A DNA stretch of 64,000 bases from a virus, in the IMG/VR virus record IMGVR_UViG_3300027864_001020, positions 13,642 to 77,641 of that record; one strand, 5' to 3'. The position numbers and the translations under genes are program-made. The notes beneath the pieces were generated by a model. It did no database searches and was not told the DNA's origin. It worked only from the letters and a program-made list of their open reading frames with translations. How positions within the stretch are numbered: the first letter of the stretch is position 1; each line of letters opens with the position of its first letter. Below, piece by piece: positions 37,311-46,605 of this stretch.

Positions 37311-37543
37311 CTTTCCTCTCCTGTAATTAGATATTCAACGCTTGTATTTAATACCGTTGCAACTGCGACAGCGTTCACCGCATTCGGCACTTTCCTTTCA
37401 GCTTTAAACCATGAATTTAATGTGCTTTCATCAATACCCGCCTTTTTCGCTAATTCCTTTCTCGATAAGCCCATGAGATTCATACAGGCTAATATACGTT
37501 CCGCAAAAGGCGTTTTAATTCCTGGCTTTGCTTTTCTGCCCAT
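37307..37543 (-). CDS. XRE-family HTH regulator
   Basis: LSRKELAKKAGIDESTLNSW..VATVLNTSVEYLITG. Confidence 0.85.
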   Translation of the reverse strand: MGRKAKPGIKTPFAERILACMNLMGLSRKELAKKAGIDESTLNSWFKAERKVPNAVNAVAVATVLNTSVEYLITGEER

Positions 37544-37546
37544 TGC

Positions 37547-37876
37547 TCACCACCACTTCTCACCATTAAAATCACGGGCAAGGATTTTTTGTTCTTTTTC
37601 TTTCAGGTTGTTCAACATGGCTACCACCTCGTCTCTGCCATCGTTCACGCCTTTTTGCCAATATGCCGCTGTCATTTTTTCTAATATATCTACAAACTGT
37701 TCTGGTGTTATGTGCTTATACGCAAAGTCTTTATATTCATCAGGTACATATTCGGATATAAGACGGCTATCCTGACAATAAAAGCTAATTCTACCATCAT
37801 TTTCTAACTGGATTTTATATTGCGATTTTTCAAACATTTTTATTTCCTCTCCGGCTGATTTAACGCCTGACCGCAA
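37547..37876 (-). CDS. Hypothetical protein (start possibly at MFEK)
   Basis: 109-aa ORF in the gene-dense early operon. Confidence 0.55.
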   Translation of the reverse strand: MRSGVKSAGEEIKMFEKSQYKIQLENDGRISFYCQDSRLISEYVPDEYKDFAYKHITPEQFVDILEKMTAAYWQKGVNDGRDEVVAMLNNLKEKEQKILARDFNGEKWW

Positions 37877-38391
37877 TTAGGGCAGTAGTTAAATGTGGCG
37901 GCTTGCAAGTTTCCGCCATCGCCATATTTACGAACATCGTATTCACATTCTGAACAGGTATAAAAATCAACGCTTTCAATCCATGTAGGCTTTTTTTGGT
38001 TTCCGTATTTCTCTTCGCAATTACACCGGCGTTTATCGGACTCGGAACAAATAGGGCAAGCCTCTTCGTCAGTGGTAATAATTTGGTGATCGGGTTTGTT
38101 TATTTCACATTCCCATTTTTCATTCATAGTAGCGGCTACAAACTCTATAATGTTTTGAATATCTTTTGAGTAAAAACAACTGACATTTTTCTCTGGATCG
38201 TAAGGGCTTTTAACCCATTGACGATTTAAGTTTATTGACGCTGTTAAAATAACTCTGTCTGTACTGTCAACGATAAAATCATTATCAGCAGCTCTAAAAG
38301 GCGGTTTTAACAGTTCTTTAAGCGTTTGGTTCATCGGATACCTCATTGCACTTCCTGACATCTCCAACACCAATTTCAAACACAGGCGCAC
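37840..38391 (-). CDS. Cys-rich phage protein with C-terminal CxxC...FNYCPNCG Zn ribbon
   Basis: Motifs in the translation; true start probably near 38354. Confidence 0.6.
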   Translation of the reverse strand: MRLCLKLVLEMSGSAMRYPMNQTLKELLKPPFRAADNDFIVDSTDRVILTASINLNRQWVKSPYDPEKNVSCFYSKDIQNIIEFVAATMNEKWECEINKPDHQIITTDEEACPICSESDKRRCNCEEKYGNQKKPTWIESVDFYTCSECEYDVRKYGDGGNLQAATFNYCPNCGQALNQPERK

Positions 38392-38452
38392 TATGTCCTT
38401 GAAATAAGACTGTTAATCTTTTTATCATCTCTCTACCCTCCAATATTAATAT

Positions 38453-38695
38453 TTAACTAGCAACGCTAGATATAGATAATTTGCTTATAGCAAGGTGTTC
38501 TTCAACACGATCACTAAATCGCACTTTGTCACATTTAGGACATTTAAACGCAGGATAATCTTTCCAGTGAAGAAAAGGTAAAAACTCGCCTCTATCACTG
38601 CCTCCAGCTCTCATTGGCGCGGTTGTATTATCAAACTCACCTTCGTATCCGCAGTCGCATTTTAAAATTAGTGGTAAAGGATTAGCTTTCTTCAT
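38453..38695 (-). CDS. Small Zn-ribbon protein
   Basis: CDCG...CPKC. Confidence 0.55.
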   Translation of the reverse strand: MKKANPLPLILKCDCGYEGEFDNTTAPMRAGGSDRGEFLPFLHWKDYPAFKCPKCDKVRFSDRVEEHLAISKLSISSVAS

Positions 38696-38877
38696 TCTCC
38701 GCTCCTTTTATTCCATGCTTCGGTTGCTATTTCTTCGGTGTCGTACTTATCAGCAGTAAGTGTATGCCCTGATTTTTCACACCTAACATAAAATGATATA
38801 TCACGACCGAAGCCATCAGTATTCGTTGCTAGGTATGCTGTATCGCCACAAAACGGACAAGGTTTTAATTCTATCAT
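38692..38877 (-). CDS. Lar-like restriction alleviation protein
   Basis: MIELKPCPFCG...VRC..C/G..EAWNKR. Confidence 0.75.
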   Translation of the reverse strand: MIELKPCPFCGDTAYLATNTDGFGRDISFYVRCEKSGHTLTADKYDTEEIATEAWNKRSGE

Positions 38878-39206
38878 TTCGGTCTCCATTCCTTCGGAGG
38901 TATACCAAAGGGAGTACAGGCGCAGACGATATAACAACGCTCATCTTCAATTGCGTTTTCAATACAATCTAATTCCCATGTATCATTAGGATCATCTCCA
39001 TCAATGTAATAAACTGCGCCAGTCCATTCCTCGCCGTACTCTTCTTTAAACTGTTCCGGCGTTGGATATTTGCGGCGAAAATTTTCACATTCACCAACAC
39101 ATTTTTTAAGCCCGTTTTCAGTTACACATTTTGCTACTATGCCGTTTTTATCATAACAAGTCGCACTACAATAAAAATCTTTGTCAATTTCTGTTAACAT
39201 TTTCAA
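38874..39206 (-). CDS. Cys-rich protein of the local paralog family
   Basis: PTPEQFKEEYGEEWTGAVYY...IVCACTPFGIPPKEWRP resembles 39886 and 52671 proteins. Confidence 0.6.
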   Translation of the reverse strand: MKMLTEIDKDFYCSATCYDKNGIVAKCVTENGLKKCVGECENFRRKYPTPEQFKEEYGEEWTGAVYYIDGDDPNDTWELDCIENAIEDERCYIVCACTPFGIPPKEWRPK

Positions 39207-39360
39207 CCTCCAATGTACAAGTTATAACGTCATTATCATTAAATGGTATCGATATATTTTCACCGCTTGAAAGTAGCAACATAATCGACAGATTTTTAGA
39301 TTGATAATCTTTTATTGATACAACGTTCCAATAGATAGTGTTATTTATTATTACTTTCAT
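39184..39360 (-). CDS. Small hypothetical protein (not in ORF track)
   Basis: 58 aa MKVIINNTIYWNVVSIKD...; ATG overlaps the upstream stop region. Confidence 0.45.
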   Translation of the reverse strand: MKVIINNTIYWNVVSIKDYQSKNLSIMLLLSSGENISIPFNDNDVITCTLEVENVNRN

Positions 39361-39362
39361 GA

Positions 39363-39734
39363 TTACTCCTTATTTTCAGGCGGTAAAAGTTTTATACCGC
39401 AATGAGGACAGAAATTCGGAAAATCATCATCGGATAATTCTTCTTTATCCCAATTGCCATGTGGTTCTTTTTTACATATAGGACAGGTTATATAATAGCC
39501 AATAGTTTCTGTCCCGTTTCCCTGCCACCGCAGATTATCTTCTGTTATTTTAAGCGGACAGTCGGGGTGTCGGGTAGTTTCGTACTCGCGTATATCTCTT
39601 TTGAGCTTTATACATTCGTGGCGATTGTATCCATGTAAATCTCTGTACTTCGTTTGAACATGTAATTCACATTCCCTACACGACTGCGGTGTTTCTTCTA
39701 ATTTATATGTTGCGCTCATAGCATTGACCTCCAT
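39363..39734 (-). CDS. Cys-rich protein with PNFCPHCG Zn ribbon
   Basis: CREC...CPL...CPIC...CPHC. Confidence 0.6.
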   Translation of the reverse strand: MEVNAMSATYKLEETPQSCRECELHVQTKYRDLHGYNRHECIKLKRDIREYETTRHPDCPLKITEDNLRWQGNGTETIGYYITCPICKKEPHGNWDKEELSDDDFPNFCPHCGIKLLPPENKE

Positions 39735-39885
39735 TCCTTACAACACCATTCTAATTTTATTTATTTATCATCTTTACGACACAAATAACTTGCAGGCTTG
39801 CCTATCTCAAATGTTGAGTGGATACAATTTTTACACGATCTATTTAATAACTTAAAAATCAAACGATAAAACCAATTTATTATTT

Positions 39886-40242
39886 TCATGCTTCCTCCTC
39901 CGGCACATAATCATCAGGTGGCGGTTCGGGTGAGGCGGCGCAGACTACTGGAACATCATACCAATTTCCTCTTACTGACGCAGGTCGCCAACCTTCACTT
40001 TTAAACTTAACCCACACCGCGCCGTTCCACTTCTTCCCTGTGCGTTTTTCGTATTGCGAGGGAGTTTCAAAGTCAGGGAGTTCGATTAGTAATTTATCAA
40101 GATCGTCATTACCGCATATAGGGCAGTATTCACCATCATCCCAATGAATCGTGTTATCATCTTTAAAATTAAATTCTGTTTTACAGCTTTCACAATAAAA
40201 TCTGCCAATTGGTTTGGCAAATATTCCATACATTTTAATCAT
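39886..40242 (-). CDS. Zn-ribbon protein, paralog of 52671-53012
   Basis: IELPDFETPSQYEKRTGKKWNGAVW...CAASPEPPPDDYVPEE is nearly identical in both. Confidence 0.65.
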   Translation of the reverse strand: MIKMYGIFAKPIGRFYCESCKTEFNFKDDNTIHWDDGEYCPICGNDDLDKLLIELPDFETPSQYEKRTGKKWNGAVWVKFKSEGWRPASVRGNWYDVPVVCAASPEPPPDDYVPEEEA

Positions 40243-40265
40243 TTTTTCTCCTTGTATTATTCTTT

Positions 40266-40514
40266 TTATTTGATATATATCTGACGTTCAATTTTTTCTA
40301 TTACATTGAGCTTACTTTCTATTATCAAAAACTCTTTTATAATTTTAGACACACATGTCGGACAAATTGTAATCCAATTATTTTTATAAGGCTCAATATA
40401 CCATCCTTTATCTCTTGCTTCGTGGAAAACTAATATACTATATTTTCTCCTATAGTTTTTTTTGCAATTATCGCAATATATAGCTGGGCTTTTAGTTCCT
40501 ATCTTTTTAATCAC
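40266..40514 (-). CDS. Small Zn-binding protein
   Basis: YCDNC...GWY...ICPTC. Confidence 0.55.
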   Translation of the reverse strand: MIKKIGTKSPAIYCDNCKKNYRRKYSILVFHEARDKGWYIEPYKNNWITICPTCVSKIIKEFLIIESKLNVIEKIERQIYIK

Positions 40515-40750
40515 TTACTCCCCCTTTTTCTTGTTGGTGTCGCCTTCGGGCTAACATTGATTAGTTTTAATTTGTCGAGATAATCATTAGGATTACTATG
40601 CCATTCATTCCATTCTTTAATTGCTCTATATCTAGTTGGTTCTGTAAATCCGTTGGAAATATTACAACTTAAACAAAAAATCTCGTAATAATAACCGGGC
40701 TTTGTTATTTTAGGATTCTCTCCACAATGCCTACATGGTATAGGTTTCAT
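40511..40750 (-). CDS. Second Lar-like protein
   Basis: MKPIPCRHCG...IFCLSC...AIKEWN. Confidence 0.6.
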   Translation of the reverse strand: MKPIPCRHCGENPKITKPGYYYEIFCLSCNISNGFTEPTRYRAIKEWNEWHSNPNDYLDKLKLINVSPKATPTRKRGSK

Positions 40751-40950
40751 TTTGCCTCCTGTATAAGAACATAACCTGTACTATTAGGTTTAAACCTTGA
40801 CAGCTTGATTCTGACTTTTCTTATACGCTTATTTCGTTCGCTGTTACATATTGCAAATGTCTCATTTACTTCAAGAACTGTTACGAATCTCTCGCCGTAA
40901 ATATCTATTCTTTTATCGTTGTCTTTCCAGACTTGACCTACTTTTACCAT
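40747..40950 (-). CDS. Small SH3-like phage protein
   Basis: VKVGQVWKDNDKR...VTVLEV. Confidence 0.55.
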   Translation of the reverse strand: MVKVGQVWKDNDKRIDIYGERFVTVLEVNETFAICNSERNKRIRKVRIKLSRFKPNSTGYVLIQEAK

Positions 40951-41111
40951 TATTTTACCTCCTCTGCGTCTGCTGTTATAGAATCAAATGTAAAAAATCC
41001 ATATTCTTCTTGAATCAATTGAATAGCTTCACTCTCTGCTTCGCTTTTATTCTCTGCCTTTATTTCATAATCTTTGAACGCTACACCTTTAACGCATACG
41101 TTATATTTCAT
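40950..41111 (-). CDS. Small hypothetical protein (not in ORF track)
   Basis: 53 aa MKYNVCVKGVAFKDYEIKAENKSEAESEAI...; coupled on both sides. Confidence 0.5.
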   Translation of the reverse strand: MKYNVCVKGVAFKDYEIKAENKSEAESEAIQLIQEEYGFFTFDSITADAEEVK

Positions 41112-41479
41112 TTCGCCTCCAATAATTCAGGGTTGTCATGGATATTGCCGATTACTACCGATTTTCCCGCATCTAAATATAATTCACTGTAATATGTTCT
41201 GCCATCTACATCACCAACAAAACGACCTTTATTGAATTCAACGATGCCAATATAATTGTCTTCATCATGAAAAATATCCCCTTCAAAAATCTTTACGCTG
41301 TTTTTATCGAGTAAGCCTGTGAATTCGCCAACGGTGTTGGGATCGATATCAACACAACAACTATTAAAATCACCATCTTCGTCCAACCCTGTGCATATAC
41401 AGCTAATACAGGACATAAAATCACCCTCTACCCACTCGCCGTTATCAATTCGCTTTCCACGATAGATATGTTCTCTCAT
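41108..41479 (-). CDS. YopX-family protein
   Basis: YRGKRIDNGEWVEG...TVGEFTGLLDKNSVKIFEGDI...VIGNIHDNPELL. Confidence 0.9.
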   Translation of the reverse strand: MREHIYRGKRIDNGEWVEGDFMSCISCICTGLDEDGDFNSCCVDIDPNTVGEFTGLLDKNSVKIFEGDIFHDEDNYIGIVEFNKGRFVGDVDGRTYYSELYLDAGKSVVIGNIHDNPELLEAK

Positions 41480-41676
41480 AATTGCTCTCCTTCATCGTCA
41501 ATTTCCCCATATTCGTTATATTCGATGTCATCAACATAATTTTTATCTCCGTTCATTTGAAAAAACGCCTCTTTTATAGCTTTCTTTTCGTTTTCTTCAG
41601 AGTAACAACCTTTAACGGTAACGGTAACTGTTCCCTTAAAATGAACTTTGTAATCTGTATATTTTTCCGCTCTCAT
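41476..41676 (-). CDS. Small acidic hypothetical protein
   Basis: 66 aa, coupled to yopX. Confidence 0.55.
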   Translation of the reverse strand: MRAEKYTDYKVHFKGTVTVTVKGCYSEENEKKAIKEAFFQMNGDKNYVDDIEYNEYGEIDDEGEQL

Positions 41677-41691
41677 TTATGTACTCCTTAA

Positions 41692-42192
41692 TTAAATTTC
41701 TATTTCAATTAGATTATTCCAACTGTCAATAACGCAGTGGGTTAAATATTTTCCTCTAGGTTTTTGTATGCCTTTTGGTCTCATTGGATAAGTCTTACAA
41801 AACTCTGCGAACCATATTTCGTCATCGGTGAAGGGCAGCAGACCGAAATTCAAATGCTGTTTTATTCTAGGTAAAAATTCTTTATGCTGCCTGTAAACCT
41901 CTTTCCAGTTAAGATACCATTTACCGTGAATTGTTATAATCATAATGTACCAGCCGTCAAAAAACCAATCGGTATTGAGTTTAAAAACGTGTATAAAACA
42001 TGGTACTCTTTTATGGCAGTAACGCTTTTCCCTGATTATTGCATCCTGTTTCTTTTTCCTTTCTGCGTTGCGCTCGGCATAAGTATATTCTTTCCATTCA
42101 CCGCCGAAATCATCTTTATACATATGAATTACATTTTTTGGCAGTTCTTCTTTCCACCATGTCCGCGCCCCTTCTCGTGTCATTATTGTCAT
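41692..42192 (-). CDS. Hypothetical protein
   Basis: 166 aa, Trp-rich. Confidence 0.55.
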   Translation of the reverse strand: MTIMTREGARTWWKEELPKNVIHMYKDDFGGEWKEYTYAERNAERKKKQDAIIREKRYCHKRVPCFIHVFKLNTDWFFDGWYIMIITIHGKWYLNWKEVYRQHKEFLPRIKQHLNFGLLPFTDDEIWFAEFCKTYPMRPKGIQKPRGKYLTHCVIDSWNNLIEIEI

Positions 42193-42225
42193 ACTATGCC
42201 TCGATTTTCCCAGATTTTCATTCTT

Positions 42226-42600
42226 TTACCCTAAATTATTAATCATTTCATTAAGGCTTATCGACATAGGAGAATTTGTATTTAATATTTCTCTCATTTG
42301 ATTTATATAAATCTCTGCCTCTTCGGGTGTACATATTTCTGTAGGTCGTTCCGGTATAGCAAATTTAAGCTTTCGCCTTTCAATTTCATTATATATTTCG
42401 TCAGTATATTTTTCGAGAATTGCAGGATCGGGCGATTTATTAAAAGAGCGCGGATATTTTAATACCATTGTTTTTGATAACGCTTCTAAATAATCATCTG
42501 AAAAATTATTAAGATATTCAGTCATCACTTCTAAAAATACACCTGTGTATTTTTCTCCGTAATAATTTTCAAAAAAATCTAACAACCCTCTTACTGTCAT
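42226..42600 (-). CDS. Replication-associated protein (possible helicase loader/inhibitor)
   Basis: Start MTVRG at 42600 overlaps the initiator stop (ATGA); function inferred from position only. Confidence 0.45.
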   Translation of the reverse strand: MTVRGLLDFFENYYGEKYTGVFLEVMTEYLNNFSDDYLEALSKTMVLKYPRSFNKSPDPAILEKYTDEIYNEIERRKLKFAIPERPTEICTPEEAEIYINQMREILNTNSPMSISLNEMINNLG

Positions 42601-43799
42601 TTGAATAACCCCCTTATTATTTGTTTTACTTCCGGCGATTCTGTTTTTGGAAGCGAATCTATAACCAATTCCCATATCCAATTAGTTTTTAAGCATCTTG
42701 GCGTATAAGTCCATTTGCCTTTATATTTGCCGTTGCATAATGCGTAAAAATGTTCTGTGATGTTTATAAATAATTCTTTAGGCATATTAGGCGCAATATT
42801 TAAGCATCTTGCAATTATGTCTTGTAAGCATTGAAACTGAATATTTTTTGAATATTCGTCTTGAAATATCATTGCTTTAATTGCCGGTTCTTTTATGAAA
42901 CAGTCAAGCGCAGTATTATACAACGGCGTTGCTACCAATGCCACGCTATCGCTTAAAACATTTATTTTATTTATAACGCTGTTTATATACGAGCTTGATA
43001 AAATATTTGTCAAGGAATATCCTTTTTGCATTATCCAATTTTCACGTAATGCGCCGTTAATTATTTCTACAAGTTGAATCGGTTTTATATTTTTATCAAA
43101 ATAATTTTTTAACAGCTTTCTTGACTGCCCCCAGTTTACAAAAGGGTCTTCGGTCTGCACTAATTTTTTAGAGTAAAGCATATCCCAGTTAGTCCAGTAG
43201 GCTTTTTCAACGAATTCAAAATCATTTTCGGGTTCACGGTCTCTAAGGCGCGGTTTATGCGGCTTGCCGCAAATTTCTTTACTCTTCTTTACTTTACTCT
43301 TCTTTACTTTACTTTGTGGGTTATTGTCTCCGTTTTCAGCCGATAATCCTGTTTCCGTAGCCGTAAACGGAGTTTCCGCACCCTTTAATGGCGATGAAAT
43401 ATCACTGTTTGTGTATTTTGCTCTTATTTCCTCAATGGTAATAATTACATTGTTTCTTTTATTATATGCGTCTTTTATGCTTTCAAGAAAAGCAGGGCAA
43501 GCAATAACCTTATGATTTCTCCATAATTCTTTATCGAGTTTTTCCGTTTTAACCATAAGTTCAATCATATCTATTACTTTTTTTTCATCAGTCATTAAAG
43601 TTAATGACATAAAATGCAATAAATCACTTTCATCTTTTATCTTATAATGATGATCTGGAGTAATAGCTAGGAATGAAAGCATCTTATAAAAAAAACCATA
43701 ACCTTCTATTCCATACTTATTTTGTAAAACTGTTAATGTTTTTCCTGATTTTACAAGAAGTGGAAAATAATCTACATCATGTCTTTCAGGTCTAGCCAT
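42597..43799 (-). CDS. Replication initiator (DUF4373/Lin1244-like N-terminus)
   Basis: DYFPL...LQNKYGIEGYGFFYKML; KSKVKKSK linker. Confidence 0.75.
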   Translation of the reverse strand: MARPERHDVDYFPLLVKSGKTLTVLQNKYGIEGYGFFYKMLSFLAITPDHHYKIKDESDLLHFMSLTLMTDEKKVIDMIELMVKTEKLDKELWRNHKVIACPAFLESIKDAYNKRNNVIITIEEIRAKYTNSDISSPLKGAETPFTATETGLSAENGDNNPQSKVKKSKVKKSKEICGKPHKPRLRDREPENDFEFVEKAYWTNWDMLYSKKLVQTEDPFVNWGQSRKLLKNYFDKNIKPIQLVEIINGALRENWIMQKGYSLTNILSSSYINSVINKINVLSDSVALVATPLYNTALDCFIKEPAIKAMIFQDEYSKNIQFQCLQDIIARCLNIAPNMPKELFINITEHFYALCNGKYKGKWTYTPRCLKTNWIWELVIDSLPKTESPEVKQIIRGLFK

Positions 43800-44484
43800 T
43801 TTTATTTATCCTCTCATTTTCAAGTTCAATAATGGTTAAATACCCTTCTTTGTTGTAATAGCGCCTAACAAGCCCGGTATCTATGTATATATATTTGCCG
43901 TATTTTGTGGGTTTTTCTAATATTGTATGACCGACATATACAGTATTTATTTCAGGAATATATAATGTCGGCGGTGCTTGCCTGTATGTCAAAATTGTAT
44001 CAATGTACTTGTCAGAATTGTTTTCAATCTCTTCAAGGTTCGGGACCGCAGGAACAGCAGCATGAGCGATTAATACATCGCCTACTCGAATTATTAAAGG
44101 AAGATCGTCAATAGCAGTCAGCATTTCGTTAGCTTTTTCCGCTTCCATTTCATAAGCCCATGCGCCGCCGTTTTTAAGATGTCCGTCTTTGAAAACGTCT
44201 CTTTTTGGCGTGTCTGAATTCGCCATTAAAAACATACATTCATGATTTCCCAATACAGAAAAAAACCAATGCCGCCTCATGTAATAAGTTGCCATTTCAG
44301 AGCGTGGTCCCCTGTCAATAAGATCGCCGGTACAAAAAAGCCGATCAAATGTCTTGTTAAACTTGATTTTTTTCAATTCCGCTTCTAAATCATCGAAGCA
44401 TCCATGAATATCGCCACAAACAAAATCACGCCCGAATTTGTTTTTTTCAAAATGCGATATACATTTCCAATTTTCGCCGGTCAT
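43792..44484 (-). CDS. NinI-like Ser/Thr protein phosphatase
   Basis: GDIHG, GDLIDRGP, GNHE metallophosphoesterase motifs. Confidence 0.88.
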   Translation of the reverse strand: MTGENWKCISHFEKNKFGRDFVCGDIHGCFDDLEAELKKIKFNKTFDRLFCTGDLIDRGPRSEMATYYMRRHWFFSVLGNHECMFLMANSDTPKRDVFKDGHLKNGGAWAYEMEAEKANEMLTAIDDLPLIIRVGDVLIAHAAVPAVPNLEEIENNSDKYIDTILTYRQAPPTLYIPEINTVYVGHTILEKPTKYGKYIYIDTGLVRRYYNKEGYLTIIELENERINKNG

Positions 44485-45137
44485 AAAAATTCCCCTCCTG
44501 TAATTTTATGTATTTTGAATTCATAGACCCAAACAAATGGATTTTCTTTCCATGAATAAATGCCGTTTTTTCGCTCACCATTAATGCTGTCCCAAAGAAT
44601 TTCAAATTCTTCTATGTATCGCTTATGATCAACGAGGCATTTCTCGCCGCCATATTTCATATAATGTGGTTTTTTAACTGCGCCTTCAGCAACGCAGTCT
44701 TCAGGGCTTATTTTTTGCAATCTTTCAATGCGGATTTTTTCAACTTTAAGAAATAGTCTTGCCGCTTCTTGTCTCATGTGTATTGACGGTTTCCATTTCC
44801 ATTCTTTGGGATCGTAGTCTTCAAAATCACAGATAAAATTATCAGCAAAATAATGGTATTCAGGTTTTATTCCGGGTTTATTTATGTTACACCACGTTTC
44901 TCTAACCCATAAAATATCGCCAACCTCATAGGGTTTTACTTCTTTGTCTTCGCCTTCTTCGGTTTGTATAATTACTTTTGCATGGTTTCCAAAATACGTT
45001 GGGAAACCTTCCCATGTAACGAAGCGAATACATGGATCGTCTTTATCTGGCTGCGGTCTAATTACTCGCCTTGTCATTGTTTTGCTACCGTTAATAATCG
45101 CCGCTACCATTTTTGGACTAAAAATAATTGGTTTCAT
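44481..45137 (-). CDS. ASCH-like phage protein
   Basis: MKPIIFSPKMVAAIINGSKTMTRRVI...WKPSIHM...NPFVWV. Confidence 0.75.
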   Translation of the reverse strand: MKPIIFSPKMVAAIINGSKTMTRRVIRPQPDKDDPCIRFVTWEGFPTYFGNHAKVIIQTEEGEDKEVKPYEVGDILWVRETWCNINKPGIKPEYHYFADNFICDFEDYDPKEWKWKPSIHMRQEAARLFLKVEKIRIERLQKISPEDCVAEGAVKKPHYMKYGGEKCLVDHKRYIEEFEILWDSINGERKNGIYSWKENPFVWVYEFKIHKITGGEFL

Positions 45138-45982
45138 AATAATTCGCCTCCAAAAAGATCAATGTCAATATTTTTAAGCCATAAGACTTCAATTCGCTCT
45201 TTTTCAGTTACGCTGTCGCAATAAGTATTTTTTTCTTTTACAGTCCAATCTTTATAAAGTTCGTTGTATAACTCGCTATGATAACCGGATAAAATGACAG
45301 AGCCTTTTATCTCATGTAATTTTTTTGCCAACTCTATATGATCCTGCTCTGTCATTTCATAACGATAATCAGTTCCGGCATCTCTTACAGAAAATAAATA
45401 TGGCGGATCTACATAAAACAGAGTTTGATCCGTATCGTGTAAATCAAATATTTCAAGAGCGTTTCTGTTTTCAATAACAACACCTTTCAGGCGGTCTATA
45501 AGAGCGTCTAAGGCTTCAGGATATGAAGCCCACACTTTAGCAGCGGATTTTCCGCAATACCTTGTATTTGCCCTGAAGCCGGTTGCTATTGATCCGTTTT
45601 CTGATATTTTTCCGGTTGCGCCGGTGTTTGCACGTCCCATGAAAGCCCTGATAACTGTCCGCCTTGCCTGTTCAATCGGATTGTCCGCCGGTTTATACGC
45701 CTGTAAATATTCATCTCTTGAAAATGGAGTATTTTCTAACAGTTTCTTTAATTCGGATCCGCTGTCTCTTGTTACCCGAAACAGATTGACTATATCGCTG
45801 TCAATATCGTTGTAAATTTCTTCATGGCATCTTGCTTTACGCAGCAGTATTGCGCCTCCGCCGCCGTATGGTTCGGCATAAACACGATGGCTAGGGATAA
45901 AAGAGATAATCCAAGGGGCGATTGCCCATTTACTGCCGTGATAACGGACAAGCGGACGTGTTATCATTTGATCAATCTCCAA
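45134..45982 (-). CDS. Dam-like (D12 class) N6-adenine methyltransferase
   Basis: YHGSKW, YAEPYGGGG, FYVDPPY. Confidence 0.88.
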   Translation of the reverse strand: MEIDQMITRPLVRYHGSKWAIAPWIISFIPSHRVYAEPYGGGGAILLRKARCHEEIYNDIDSDIVNLFRVTRDSGSELKKLLENTPFSRDEYLQAYKPADNPIEQARRTVIRAFMGRANTGATGKISENGSIATGFRANTRYCGKSAAKVWASYPEALDALIDRLKGVVIENRNALEIFDLHDTDQTLFYVDPPYLFSVRDAGTDYRYEMTEQDHIELAKKLHEIKGSVILSGYHSELYNELYKDWTVKEKNTYCDSVTEKERIEVLWLKNIDIDLFGGELL

Positions 45983-46605
45983 AAAGCATCGTATTGGTTT
46001 TCGGAAATTTTATTACCTGTAAACGGCGGCTTAAACCATATTACGCAGTAATCGATCATGTTTTGTCCTTTTTGTCTATCGCCATTTTTATAGCAATGCG
46101 CTCTTGCGCTGTAGTTATAAACAAAAGAAGGTTTGTAAGTTTGATATATTTTGAATCTGCGTATGCTTGATAAAAAGGAAAGCCTGACAAAAAATATTAC
46201 AGCGACATTCATTTTAAGAGCGTGTAATAAAAACTCTTCTTGAATATTAAACGGCGGATTCGTAAATATGGTTTTACAGCCTTCACATTTATTCGCTACG
46301 AAAAAATCAAATCCGATAATATCTATCTTGTCATCTTTGTAAGGGTATAAATCCGATGATTTTACATCGTAACCATGACTGATTAATGTTTTTGATATAT
46401 CGCCTTGCCCTGCTGCTGGCTCCCATATTGGAGAAGGTATAATCATTTTATCTCTTTTAAGGGCAGATAAAAACCGCTCTATGTCTTTCGGTTCGGTTAC
46501 ATAAAGATCACGCCCCTCGATTTCCGCAAGCCGATATGTCAATCTTTGCATGGAAGTTAAATCTTTTTCTTCAATGATATTTCCAAATAAATCTATATCC
46601 GGCAT
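45964..46605 (-). CDS. Small N6-adenine methyltransferase
   Basis: IWEPAAGQG and TNPPF; start MPDID after GGAGG SD. Confidence 0.8.
   Translation of the reverse strand: MPDIDLFGNIIEEKDLTSMQRLTYRLAEIEGRDLYVTEPKDIERFLSALKRDKMIIPSPIWEPAAGQGDISKTLISHGYDVKSSDLYPYKDDKIDIIGFDFFVANKCEGCKTIFTNPPFNIQEEFLLHALKMNVAVIFFVRLSFLSSIRRFKIYQTYKPSFVYNYSARAHCYKNGDRQKGQNMIDYCVIWFKPPFTGNKISENQYDAFWRLIK

Noticed and set aside
43278-43316. ttactcttctttact repeats in the initiator gene
   Set aside because: They encode the common KSKVKKSK linker of phage initiators; an iteron role is possible but not unusual
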